A DNA stretch of 64,000 bases from Anolis carolinensis (GCF_035594765.1 NC_085841.1:344481402-344545401); one strand, 5' to 3'. Positions 1 to 11,299 are shown, numbered from the stretch's first letter. Translations and numbers: made by a program. The notes: generated by a model from the sequence alone, not told the origin.

Positions 1-1393
1 TGAGATGAGCTTCCCAAAGAATTCTGAAGAAGTTAACAGAAAATATTTGTTTCTGCATATCATGCAATCCCTGTGACATTAATTAATTTTGGAGAAAGGG
101 AGGCACAGGTTGCAAAGTCAGACACATGCTTCGCTGGTAGAAAGGACCTTTGATCACAGTGGCCTTTACTTCAGAGTAAACCTATGCAGAACTGACTTGA
201 GTAAGAGGAAAAATCAAAGCTTTTCCCTTTGGTTTTTGTGCTGAAATCAAATCCCAGAAACGCGAATCTGAAAAGATATAATTTTGATCAGAAGACGAAG
301 TCAACCCCCCTCCAATTCTCTATCTTCACATTTTCATATCTGAGTATGTAAAGCAGGCAGGAGGAGCAACGATTCCCATATTATGTGGCTGTCGCCTTTC
401 TATGCATGCAGAGCAATTGGAGGATTAGGGGAGAGAGTGTTGGAGTCTCATGTTTTCAAAAGAGGGGGGCGGAAGGAGGGAGAGAGGAACTAATTTTCTG
501 GTTTAAAAGGTGACAATTTGTCTATGCAGCCAAATGGCCCTGTCAGGCGTCAGGAAATTTAGGGACGCAAATTCAGAGACGATGCCTTAGAAAACACCGG
601 CTTGCCTTCAGCTCCTTGAAGTAGCTTCTGAAAGCCAGAACTGATGTTTTGTAATTTTGCCTTCTCATCAGCTCGGGTTTATCATTGTGGTAAATAGGGA
701 TAATGACAGGGAGTCCGTCATTGCCACTTAGATGCCAGTTTTTAAGTAATAATAAGCTCACAGCAGGTTCGATTTGGTCTGCCTTAGAGTACCTGGGGTT
801 ATTTTCCAGTTTTGCCTCTTTTTTTCTTTTTTTTTTGCACTGAATTATCTCAACCCACCAGAGCTGGTTGTACCCCCCCCCCTTTGCAAAAGCAGAGGAA
901 ACGAATGGTTAGGCACTCCATGGTACCCACAAAGCTATTTGTTCCATTGTTGTTTTTCTATATAACACTTTGGCAAGGAGAGAAAGGGAAAGATACAGAA
1001 AAAAATCCTCCCTGCTACCTGTTTTGGGGTGAACCAGGCTCTCATACATCTTTAAATGTAAGCTAATCATGGCCTTCCCCGGGTGTTGTTGCCTTCGCTT
1101 TGGAATCGTCACCCGAAGCATCTCTTGTCTGTGTTGCGATCCCTAATGGGAAAATTTAAAATCAGTGTTTATGATAATGCCCTTGTTCCCATGGACACCA
1201 GAGCACTGCAGAACCAAGATTAATGGAGGGCCATTGAGACTGGCCCTAAAAGATTGTCCCTCTTGGGTATTATGGTGTGTCACGCAGCATCCATTAGCCA
1301 TGGAGTGGAGGGCTCCCCTTTGTCAAGATGGTATTCCTGGGACCAAACTTTGCCACCACAAGGTGGCATTTCCATAACACGTCAACAGACCAT

Positions 1394-2078
1394 NNNNNNN
1401 NNNNNNNNNNNNNNNNNNNNNNNNNNNNNNNNNNNNNNNNNNNNNNNNNNNNNNNNNNNNNNNNNNNNNNNNNNNNNNNNNNNNNNNNNNNNNNNNNNNN
1501 NNNNNNNNNNNNNNNNNNNNNNNNNNNNNNNNNNNNNNNNNCATTCTGGTGCCTCTGATCTTTCTGAAGATTCAGGGCACGCGCTCTTCATTACGGTTTG
1601 GGCACNNNNNNNNNNNNNNNNNNNNNNNNNNNNNNNNNNNNNNNNNNNNNNNNNNNNNNNNNNNNNNNNNNNNNNNNNNNNNNNNNNNNNNNNNNNNNNN
1701 NNNNNNNNNNNNNNNNNNNNNNNNNNNNNNNNNNNNNNNNNNNNNNNNNNNNNNNNNNNNNNNNNNNNNNNNNNNNNNNNNNNNNNNNNNNNNNNNNNNN
1801 NNNNNNNNNNNNNNNNNNNNNNNNNNNNNNNNNNNNNNNNNNNNNNNNNNNNNNNNNNNNNNNNNNNNTTTGTTACTATGTNNNNNNNNNNNNNNNNNNN
1901 NNNNNNNNNNNNNNNNNNNNNNNNNNNNNNNNNNNNNNNNNNNNNNNNNNNNNNNNNNNNNNNNNNNNNNNNNNNNNNNNNNNNNNNNNNNNNNNNNNNN
2001 NNNNNNNNNNNNNNNNNNNNNNNNNNNNNNNNNNNNNNNNNNNNNNNNNNNNNNNNNNNNNNNNNNNNNNNNNNNNNN
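1394..2078. other. Three N-blocks (1394-1541, 1606-1868, 1882-2078) separated by 64-bp and 13-bp islands
   Basis: Directly visible; ORFs spanning them are artefacts. Confidence 0.98.
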
Positions 2079-3296
2079 TCCATCTTGTTGTCTATGCAAC
2101 CTTCCCTTTCAACATTAAAAAGCCGATGATTGCATTTTCACCCTTTCCAAATGATTGTTCCTTTCCATACATCAAATGTGATTCATGATTCATGTATCCC
2201 AAGACTATATTCATGCTTTAAATTGGCCACTTCTCAACCCACAGGGCAATCAGAGATGATAGCAAAAAAGTCCAGCCCACCTCTCTGATGCTCAATTTGT
2301 GTTGCTGTGATCTGTGTGTGTCTGTGTGTCTGTCTATCTGTCTCAGCATCAGGGAAAGTAGCTTTCAACAGGATGAAATCAGTGTTTGTATTATCCACTT
2401 AACACAAAAGACAATATCTGTGTAAATTAACTGCTAAACTCTACTGTGGGCTTCCTTCTTATCCCAAACAGTTGAGAAAAGAAAAAGAAAACATTTATTA
2501 CTTCAGTGTAGTTAATGATTATGAAAAACAAATCTTTAGGGACTTCATTTGGAGATGAGAGCTGGAGTGGGGGCAGCGATGTTGAGGAAGTGAGGGGTAA
2601 GCTTAGTTCAGTATTTTAAAGTGTTTTGGGTACATTTGATAATCAGATGCTTTTAATGCAGCACTTAGCCGAGAATTAAGCAAGCACAATTGCAGGCTGA
2701 AATTTGCCATCTTTCATTATGCAACGGCTCATGTGTCAAACTCTTTCGGAAGACTGCAGGCCCTGCTGCCACTTTGACTTGAAAACCTTCTGAAATAACC
2801 CAACCAATCTGTGTAGCATGATGCAAATACCGTAATTAGGCAATTATGCTGCATTTTTAATACGATCTGATTCCTGTGCATTGTGCCACTCTTAAAAAAT
2901 TCAACGTTTTTACAAAAATAATAATAGAAAGAAGCACATAAAACACAATATGCACTCACACATGCACACCAATAGCTTGGCAGCTTGCTATTATTGAGGG
3001 CTACAGCTGAACCACACAGCCATCTATCAGAGAAGATCTGACGTTAATACACCACAACCAAACAGCAGAGAGCACAAGGCTGCTGGTGACGAGCAGCCGC
3101 AAAGTCTATTTTATGTTAAGACTGAATTCATTGAACCCACAAGGCTCAGCATAAAGCAGGATAGCTGTAACACATTTCTTGATAGTTCTGCATTAACATG
3201 GTACATGTATCAGGTACAATGGACTCCATGATCACCACATGCAGTGGTGGCAGTTGAAAACTGGCAGTCTCTATGCTACTGCAGTAATTGAAGCTA

Positions 3297-3430
3297 AAGT
3301 GGTCTTGACCTTTGGTCTGCCAGATGTTTTGGACACAGTTCCCGAAAGTCTCAGCTAGCACGGCCAATGGTCAGGGATTCTGGGACATTCAGTACAAAAC
3401 ATCTAGAAGATCAAAGGTTGGGAGCCACTA
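3297..3430. mobile_element. Old hAT-type MITE
   Basis: Degenerate palindrome (ccagatgttttggac...aaaacatctag...ggttgggagccacta) resembling the 135-bp hAT MITEs in this window. Confidence 0.5.
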
Positions 3431-3645
3431 TTTCAATGGCCATCCCAATTTTTAATGGCTTGCTTCCTGGGTTTACTTGTATGGGCCACTTCACAGTTCA
3501 GTAAATGGACACAAGAAAAATGGCAACTGCTTTACAGAAGCATTATTTGACTGATTATAACGTGAAAATAGAGCAAATAGATCAGGCGCCTTAAGAGTGA
3601 AAATTAATTTTGCCTGGGGCCATTCTGGCTGGTGATTTGAGTGGT

Positions 3646-3773
3646 NNNNNNNNNNNNNNNNNNNNNNNNNNNNNNNNNNNNNNNNNNNNNNNNNNNNNNN
3701 NNNNNNNNNNNNNNNNNNNNNNNNNNNNNNNNNNNNNNNNNNNNNNNNNNNNNNNNNNNNNNNNNNNNNNNNN
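3646..3773. other. N-block (128 bp)
   Basis: Directly visible. Confidence 0.98.
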
Positions 3774-4085
3774 GTTAAAAGTGCCAAAAATTACATAACA
3801 GAAAAATTTAACAAAAAAGATCATACAACCATATAAATAGATTACACACTAAATAAACCATATATAACAAATTAATACAAGTAGGGCTTGCATAACTACT
3901 GTATATGTATTCTTCTCCAGAATGGGCATACTGGCTGGAAGATTCCAGGGATTGTTGTTTAAAACAGTAACTTTTTCAATTCTACTGAGGACTGTGAAGT
4001 GTAGTGTATACATACTGTTCATGTTCAATATTTAATTGTCTTCAAGTCCAGTACAAATTAGTAACTGGTTGCACCTGAAGTCAGA

Positions 4086-4618
4086 GTGGTATAATGGTTT
4101 TGGTGCTGGACTAGGGGCCCCTGGTGGCACAGTGTGTTAAAGTGCTGAGTTGCTGAACTTGCGGACCAAAAGGACCCAGGTTCAAATCCCGGGAGCGGAA
4201 TGAGCGCCCGCTGTTAGCCTCAGCTCCTGCCAACCTAGCAGTTCGAAAACATGCAAATGTGAGTACATCAATAGGTATGGCGCTCCATGCAGTCATGCCA
4301 GCCACATGACCTTGGAGGTGTCTATGGACAACGCCGGCTCTTCGGCTTAGAAATGGAGATGAGCACCAACCCCCAGAGTCGGTCACGACTGGACTTAACG
4401 TCAGGGGAAACCTTTACCTTTTACTAGGACTCTTGAAAACGAGGGTTCAAATTTTTGCACATCCATGGAAAACTATAGTGTATTTTGGGCAAGACATATT
4501 CTCCAGAGCAAGGTAAAGGTAAATTCCCTCTGAACAAATCTTGCCAAGAAACTCCTGTGATAGGTTCACCTTAGAGTTGCTGTTAAGTTGGAAGTGACTT
4601 GAAGGCAAACAACAACAC
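4086..4618 (+). mobile_element. Older tRNA-derived SINE with RTE-type (CAA)n tail, split by a Sauria SINE
   Basis: Head gtggtataatggttttggtgctggact, body ctctgaacaaatcttgccaagaa, tail gacttgaaggcaaacaacaac; same family at 41576, 43341 and 55085. Confidence 0.75.
4114..4422 (+). mobile_element. Sauria SINE, near full length
   Basis: Head ggggcccctggtggcacag, B-box ggttcaaatccc, tail cctttacctt; TSD ACTAGG at 4110-4115 and 4423-4428. Confidence 0.95.
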
Positions 4619-5600
4619 CTGGAGTTTTCCTTATCCATCTGGACCCTCTGGGTTTCAGTTTGAATATTAAAGGAGTTATTCAAGGTGCTGAACACTATAC
4701 TTAAAATGAAAGGGAGAAAAGGAAGTGACTACTTGCAGTCTGCAAAAGTAGTATAATCTCTTGGCTACTGATGGTTTCAGAGTCAGTGGAGATTCTGCTC
4801 TGTTCAGTCTGAACTTTGAAGGGTCTGTGAGCACCTAGACAGCATCTTTAAAGGTACGATTAAATGCCCAGATAGGACGTGAGTAACAGGGAAGCCACCA
4901 GTTACCACTGACAACAGGATTACTGCTCCCTGAATGGAGTAATAATCCCATATTAACCCACCTCACCTCCCATTGCTGGTATGAGAGAAGCATGAGTGAA
5001 AGAAGTGAGAGAAGTATGAGTTTGTTTAGTGTATATGGGGCCATGGTGAAGATTAAAGATGCCAGGGACATGTTGCCTACCTTTGAGGAAGGTTATCATA
5101 CTTGCTAATTTCATGGCCACGTAATAATGGCACCAGCCATCTTATTCTATGTAGACCTATGAAAAATATATGCTTGGATTCTTTTTTAACTTAGGTATCA
5201 AGGTTAAAGAAAATGCTAATATGCACAAACTGGAAATTCAATAATACAGTTGGCCTTCCACATTTGTAAGTTTAACTTTCGTCAATTTGGTTATTTTTAG
5301 ATTATTTGCTGCCAGTAGCAAATTTGCTACCCTATACCATATTTAATAGGAACCACTTGTTAGTCTCTATTAAAAATAGAGTAGGGCAGTGGCAGAGACA
5401 ACTGCAAGATCCTTCAGCCATCTCCTTCTGATCTGTAAAGGGTACCTCAAAGATGTTCACAGGCAGTTGAATCTATGAATTGTACTTTTTGTGTGTGTTA
5501 AATATAAGTTGACCATAAGTGTGTGTGTGTGTCGGGGGGAGGAACCAAGCTCCCTACCTCACTTCTGGGATTCATGGTAGATATGGATTAGAGAGCACAT

Positions 5601-5922
5601 CAGGGGTGTAGCAATGGGAGGTGGAGTGGGTTAATGTGGCATTGCCCCTCCAAATTCTGCTCCTACAAACACATTTTCCTCTGTCGCCAAATTTCTACCA
5701 TTGCAGAGGGTGAGACATTGAAAATTATTCACATTTTGAACTCTTTCATTTGCTGTGTTCCATTCCCTTGGTAGTTTTACCTGCTGTGACTTTGCTTTGA
5801 ATGGCCTGAGTTTCAATTTACTGAAATGCCCCAAATTTGGAGACTATAGGAATATTTCACGGGGAGGCATATTTTCTACTGAGGAGTAACTGTCCTCATA
5901 CCCTCCTCTAGCTACACCCCTG
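5601..5922. mobile_element. Non-autonomous hAT element (Tip100-like TIRs)
   Basis: TIRs CAGGGGTGTAGC...GCTACACCCCTG; 8-bp TSD GAGCACAT/GAGCAGTT. Confidence 0.8.
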
Positions 5923-5967
5923 GAGCAGTTGCAATGTGATTTTAAGTGCGTCTGATTCTTCATACAC

Positions 5968-6045
5968 TGCATCCAAAGAAGTGGGTTTATATCCACAAAA
6001 GCTCGTGTGAGAATAAAAATTATTTAGTCTTAAAGGTGTTGCCAC
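5968..6045 (+). mobile_element. Old Penelope-like (Neptune-type) fragment with a decayed hammerhead motif
   Basis: gcatccaaagaagtggg...ccacaaaagctc...ttagtcttaaaggtg resembles the sauropsid Penelope terminal motif. Confidence 0.55.
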
Positions 6046-7740
6046 ATTTCTTTTTTTCTTCTTCCTCTTCCTTCTGCCTTTTTATGATTCTTCACTGATG
6101 CCCGACCTCAGAGATCAACTCTTTTATGAGTGGATGAAAAGAACAGAACTCTAAACAAGAAGCAGGTAGTCCAGTTATGATGTATTTTTATTTAAGATAT
6201 AAACAAGTCCCTAGACATATTAGTACTATGGATTGCTGGGTTTTCTTCCTGTCCCCTTCACAGCAATATCTTGCCCATATCTTGTCCACAGCTATTCAGG
6301 AAGAAACTGTGTAAACAAATATATATTTTTGTTTAAATTGGGATGGGGATGTTTAGGGACTAGACCCAAGTATGCGGACTATACTTTTGTTTTCTATTGT
6401 GTTTGATTGCCACCCTGAGTTTTTTTTTAATTGGAAACGTATTGTTTCCTAGTCTTCAGCCATGGATTTTGAAGGAATGTTGTAATTTGCCACCCTATCT
6501 TTATCAGCCCATGATACCCCTTTTATTCTCTTGAAAATGAGAATGACTGTTGCCCCCCTTTCCCCCTAAATTTAAAATGAGGCAATAAAAAAATACAAAT
6601 ACAAATAAACCCGATGAAGAGAAATATGTTGCTTTCAGGGGAGAAAGTGTCTTTGTGTATGCAGGGTAAGGTGTGAAAGCAAACTCTCCCCATGTCGCAG
6701 GAGGATAGATATATAAAATCATGTTTCAGTCATTGACATGAACTGATGAAACATCTTGGGAAATGGAGAAGAAACAGAAAATTTCATGTAAAGAATCACT
6801 GAAGTTATCAGTTTGGTGGATAATTCTTAAAATAAACATGGGAAATAATTTCCACACTGAACTCCCCAATGGCTCAATTCCCCTGAAGATCATTTCAGTT
6901 CCTTCACCCAGGAAGGTTAATAAATATCCCTTGGATAAATGCGTTTGGGAATTTTTCAGCAGGGGGTACAGGACATGGGAGACTTGCTGGTGGCAGGAGG
7001 GGAAAGGTATCATGCTTCTATCATGACATTTGCCACTAAGAGGCAGTGTTTTCCAGTGATTTAACGTGGTGAAAGGAGCCACATCTTGATTTCTGCTGGA
7101 GGAGAGTAGAGGTTTTGCTAAGTGCTAAGTGCATTATTGCAGTAGTTTGCAATGAAGGTTTGCATGAGGGACTACTGTTATAGTGAGTTTACTTTTCACC
7201 CCACTTTCCCTTATGGCAAATATATTGTTATTAATTTTGAAAACCCGCTCAACTTGTTTGATCCGAAGCAATAGAGAAAACAAAGAGGGAAGGGTAGGTG
7301 CCAGAAGAAGTAAACAACTTTCTGATCTGTTGTATTCTAGGTTGTTTGTTACTGTCACTATAAAATATTGATGTTGGATTGTTAATTATCCTCCCATTTA
7401 GATACATCCTCAGATAGTTCTGTCTGATGGGCTTTGCAAGAGATAGCCAAAAAAGTATGTGTCTCTGTCTGAGAATACCTGGATGTTTTGTCTGAAGCAG
7501 CATGATTTATGGACTCCAATGTCAAGGCGACAAGAAAAAGATTTTTTTAGTTCCTTTGCGGGCCATACTGTTAGGCATGTTGACATGGCTTTCTCAGGTA
7601 GCACATTTGCTACCTGAGTAGCAACAATTTTTTTATGTAATTTGTTGCTTTGGCCATTTTATTGCTGATGGAAGGCAGGGAAAGAGGGGAATTGCTGTGA
7701 TTTTCTGTCTCCTCTGTGAAAATAACTTTGAGAACTATTT

Positions 7741-7855
7741 TGTTGTTGTTAGTGTTCCATACTTTCAAGCCATCTCCAACTTATGATGTCTGTAAGGTGA
7801 GCCTATCATGTGGTTTTCTTAACAAGATTTATTTAGAGAGGGTTCACCCTTTCCT
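7741..7855 (-). mobile_element. 3' part of the (CAA)n-tailed SINE
   Basis: tgttgttgtt tail, ggttttcttaacaagatttatttagagaggg. Confidence 0.65.
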
Positions 7856-7889
7856 TGTGTGTTAAATGTAAGTTGGCTGAATGATACAG

Positions 7890-8028
7890 AATGGTGGGGT
7901 TTGTAATTTGGTGAGGCAAAGAATGCTCAAAACCTTGTAAAAATACAGCTTTCGTGACTCCATAGCATTGAGCCATGGCAGCTGAAGTGGTGTCAAACTG
8001 CAGTCATTCTGCAGCGTAGATGCACCCA
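7890..8028. mobile_element. Harbinger-type MITE fragment (GGTGCATCTACACTG family)
   Basis: gagccatggcagctgaagtggtgtcaaactgc...gtagatgcacc terminus. Confidence 0.7.
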
Positions 8029-8090
8029 TAGTCTCCTTAAAAATCAAAATAGAGATAGGAAAAAGATGTACTTCTATTTTGGTTTTTGCT

Positions 8091-8199
8091 TAGAGCTTGG
8101 AAAAGTCACCTTTCAGAATACAATGCCCAGAATACATCTAACATGTGACATGGGGATTCTGGGAGTCAATGTCCACAGAAGTAATTTTTCCAAGCTCTT
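8091..8199. mobile_element. Short hAT-type MITE
   Basis: TIRs TAGAGCTTGGAAAAGT...TTTTTCCAAGCTCT. Confidence 0.65.
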
Positions 8200-8489
8200 A
8201 CCTCCACCTTCCTGCCATACATACTTTTGCACATAGTTTTGATACTGGACAGCAACCATCCAGGCAAGCCATGTACTAGTCCTTTGCCTCTCTTACTATT
8301 GGTCAGAATTTCAGCAGGAGAGGCAAAGAAAGGATGGCACCTTTCCCATGATGGGTTCCAGATCATTGGTCCAGAACCCAGAGGTAAGTACCTAACCCCA
8401 GTACACAGGATGCCTACAAAAAGGAAGCAAATTCATCCCTCTTCTCTCCTTGGCTCCATCGGCCAGGCTTCAGGCTGTCACCCCCGCCC

Positions 8490-8669
8490 NNNNNNNNNNN
8501 NNNNNNNNNNNNNNNNNNNNNNNNNNNNNNNNNNNNNNNNNNNNNNNNNNNNNNNNNNNNNNNNNNNNNNNNNNNNNNNNNNNNNNNNNNNNNNNNNNNN
8601 NNNNNNNNNNNNNNNNNNNNNNNNNNNNNNNNNNNNNNNNNNNNNNNNNNNNNNNNNNNNNNNNNNNNN
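8490..8669. other. N-block (180 bp)
   Basis: Directly visible. Confidence 0.98.
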
Positions 8670-9064
8670 AGGGAGCTACAATTGAAATCAGGTGAATGAT
8701 ACATGTAGTATTTTTCAGTTTCTCCGTGCCTTGATTTGATTTCTCCCCCTCCTTTTCTCTCCTATGGCATAGAAGGAGAAGTCTTTTTCTCTCTCTTTTT
8801 TGCAAGCTATATAAATGCATATATACTCTGCATATATATCTAAAGGCTATCGATAGATTTCTTTATGGTATCTAGCTATCATTTAAATGTACTTATTCAT
8901 AAAGCACTGGAGGACAATGAAGTTTCCTATAATCCTTAAAAAGCAATCAAAGAACTGGAACAAACTTAAATTCTCCTGATAAAGGACTGGGATTAATGGG
9001 GGAGATTTGTTAAATGAAACCCTATTACCAAATAAAAAAAGGGCCCGTAAGGTACCCAAACACA

Positions 9065-9074
9065 AATAATAATA

Positions 9075-9118
<44 letters not shown>
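9065..9118. repeat. (AAT)n microsatellite
   Basis: Directly visible. Confidence 0.97.
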
Positions 9119-9580
9119 TGCAGCATAAAGAGTAGGGTAAACAACAGAGTATCTTCTCTCCCTGAAAGTCATGTGAGCAGCCACACATGTCAAATAGTGC
9201 CAATTTTAAAAAAATGAACAAAAAGAGAATTTGATGGAATTATCTGCATCTTAGAAAGTGAGAGTTTGGCCCAAATTAGGAAACATTGCAAATTTAGCCA
9301 ATTGAGTTCCTACTGAGCCATAAAACCCATTTGGTAACATTGGACCAGTCACATTAGTTAACATTAGGACCAATCTGACCTGTCTCACAGATTTGTTTTG
9401 AAGATCAAATGGGGAAGAGAAAAAAAACTTGAGTTCATTGGAACTAAGATAATAACATTCAATCATTAATAAGGAGAATTCAAAGATAGTCATGCTAATA
9501 TGGATTGTCATGCAAAGGGATATTTTAGCACCATTGGGACTAACTGAGAAAAAAAGGTAAATAAACTTTTGTAGATTAAG

Positions 9581-10050
9581 GGTGCATCTATACTGGAGAA
9601 TTAATTCAGTTTGATACCACTGTCATAGTTCAATGATACAGAATAAAAGGATTTGTAAAGGAGCCTCCGGTGGCATAGGGGATAAAAGCCTTGTGACTTG
9701 AAAGTTGGGTTGCTGACCTGAAGGCTGCCAGGTTCGAATCTCATCCGGGGAGAGCGCGGATGAGCTCCCTCTATCAGCTCCAGCTCCATGCGGGGACATG
9801 AGAGAAGCCTCCCATAAGGATGGTAAAACATAAAAAAACCATCTGGGTGTCCCCTGGGCAACGTCCTTGCAGACGGCCAATTCTCTCACTCCAGAAGCAA
9901 CTCCGGTTGCTCCTGACACGAAAAAAAAAAAAGGATTTGTAGTCTTGCAAGGTCTCTAGCCTTCTCTACTAAAGAGTGTGGGTGCCTTATCAAACTACAA
10001 CTTCCATGATTCCATAGTATTGAGCCATGCCAGTTAAAGTGATGTCAAAG
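9581..10050. mobile_element. Harbinger-type MITE split by a SINE
   Basis: ggtgcatctatactg start; the right half resumes after 9941 (aaactacaacttccatgattccatag...gtgatgtcaaa). Confidence 0.7.
9660..9930 (+). mobile_element. tRNA-derived SINE with poly(A) tail (3' end resembles a Vingi LINE)
   Basis: Head ggagcctccggtggc, B-box ggttcgaatc, tail gctcctgacacg(A)n; TSD AAAAGGATTTGTA at 9645-9657 and 9929-9941. Confidence 0.85.
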
Positions 10051-10456
10051 TTTTCTTCCTTAAATGCATGAAGTGAAGTGCCTATGGAATGAGATTGGTA
10101 CCAATGAATGGGCAGGTTGAGTTCATATATAGTAGTCGTGGGCCTGGTATCTGGATCATCCATTTAATTCAAGTTTCCATTTCGTAAGGCCCCTCCCAGA
10201 ATGAAAATAAACTTGATGCAAAAGTAGGCTTGGAGCAGGTACCGGCTCCAAGTCTGCTTTTCGGCATCGTAGAGAGAGGGGGGATTGTGCTGAGGTCTCT
10301 TCATCAGAGATCCTTGGCACAGAGCTGGCAGCTTGCTGGTTACCGGGGCTTGCCCTCCACCGAACAGCAACCGTGCAGGCCCAGAAGGCACTGGTAGGCA
10401 CACACACGTTGAGCCCACATTTGTGGGCCTGCAAGGGCATAGAAGATAAACCCCTT

Positions 10457-10579
10457 TCTGCCTTAGAGGAAGGCAAAAGCAAAAACCCCTCTAAACAAAT
10501 ATTGCCAAGAAAAGTCCAGATTATGATTAATTTCAGATCACCATAAGTTAGATTCAATTTGAAGACACATGATAACAAA
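10457..10579 (+). mobile_element. 3' part of the (CAA)n-tailed SINE
   Basis: agaggaaggcaaaagcaaaaacccctctaaacaaatattgccaagaaaa...ttgaagacac. Confidence 0.65.
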
Positions 10580-10687
10580 ATAATGATGTTTTTATGGGAT
10601 AATTCATCTTGGACTCAATTCAGCCGGTAAGTACAAAGTAGTGAAAATTCCTTGAATCAGTTGTTGAAAGGTAAGTCAACATATAGG

Positions 10688-10775
10688 TCATAGACTCATG
10701 GACTTATAGATTTGGAAGAGACCACAAGGCCATCCAGTCCAGCCCCCTGTCATACAGGGACGCACAATCAAATCA
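10688..10775 (-). mobile_element. CR1 LINE 3' tail fragment
   Basis: tcataga...ttggaagagaccacaaggccatccagtcca. Confidence 0.7.
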
Positions 10776-10818
10776 AAGGTTAACTCCATTTATATATTAT
10801 TGTTAAGACTAATGATAA

Positions 10819-10994
10819 ATGTATTGTCGAAAGCTTTCATGGCTGGAATCACTAGGGTGTTGTGTGGTTTCCAGGCTGTATGGCCATGTCCTAGCAGCAT
10901 TTTTGCCCGACATTTTACCTGTATGTGCGTCTAGCATCTTCAGAAGATCTAATGGTAGCAAGGCATATGGATTATATTATACCTGTGGAATGTC
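10819..10994 (-). mobile_element. Penelope-like element terminal repeat (inverted copy)
   Basis: gtattgtcgaaagctttcatggctggaatcact...; largely the reverse complement of 11355-11494. Confidence 0.85.
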
Positions 10995-11017
10995 TGCTAT
11001 CTTCATGGTATTGGTTA

Positions 11018-11241
11018 GTAAAGGTAAAGGTTTTCCCCTGACGTTAAGTCCAGTCGTGACTGACTCTGGGGTTGGTGCTTATCTCCATTTCTAAGTTGAA
11101 GAGCCAGCGTTGTCCATAGACACCTCCAAGATCATGTGGCCGGCATGACTACATGGAGCTCCATTACCTTCCCGCCGGAGCGGTACCTATTGATCTACTC
11201 ACATTTTCATGTCTTCAAACAGCTCAATTGGGGCTAACAGC
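11018..11241 (-). mobile_element. Sauria SINE, 5'-truncated
   Basis: gtaaaggtaaaggttttcccctgacgttaagtccagtc tail plus body. Confidence 0.92.
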
Positions 11242-11299
11242 TCATGGTTACTCACATGCTAATGGATGGATCCCACTCAACACACACAAATTCATCTTG

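Noticed and set aside
1254-2188. Long ORFs in the track across N-blocks (also near 3491-3824, 8227-8820 and 34048-34416)
   Set aside because: They are open only because Ns contain no stop codons.
4114-4130. CTCF site in the Sauria SINE head (CCACCAGGGGCC on the minus strand)
   Set aside because: One G short of the core spacing, so a poor match.
4114-4190. tRNA genes suggested by A/B-box motifs
   Set aside because: These are SINE heads with no cloverleaf, followed by SINE bodies and tails.
7033-7046. CTCF-like CCACTAAGAGGCAG
   Set aside because: Mismatch at a highly conserved core G; too weak alone.
8883-9221. Poly-Tyr/Ile/Asn ORFs (also 37279, 41657-41918 and 50157)
   Set aside because: Translations of trinucleotide microsatellites.
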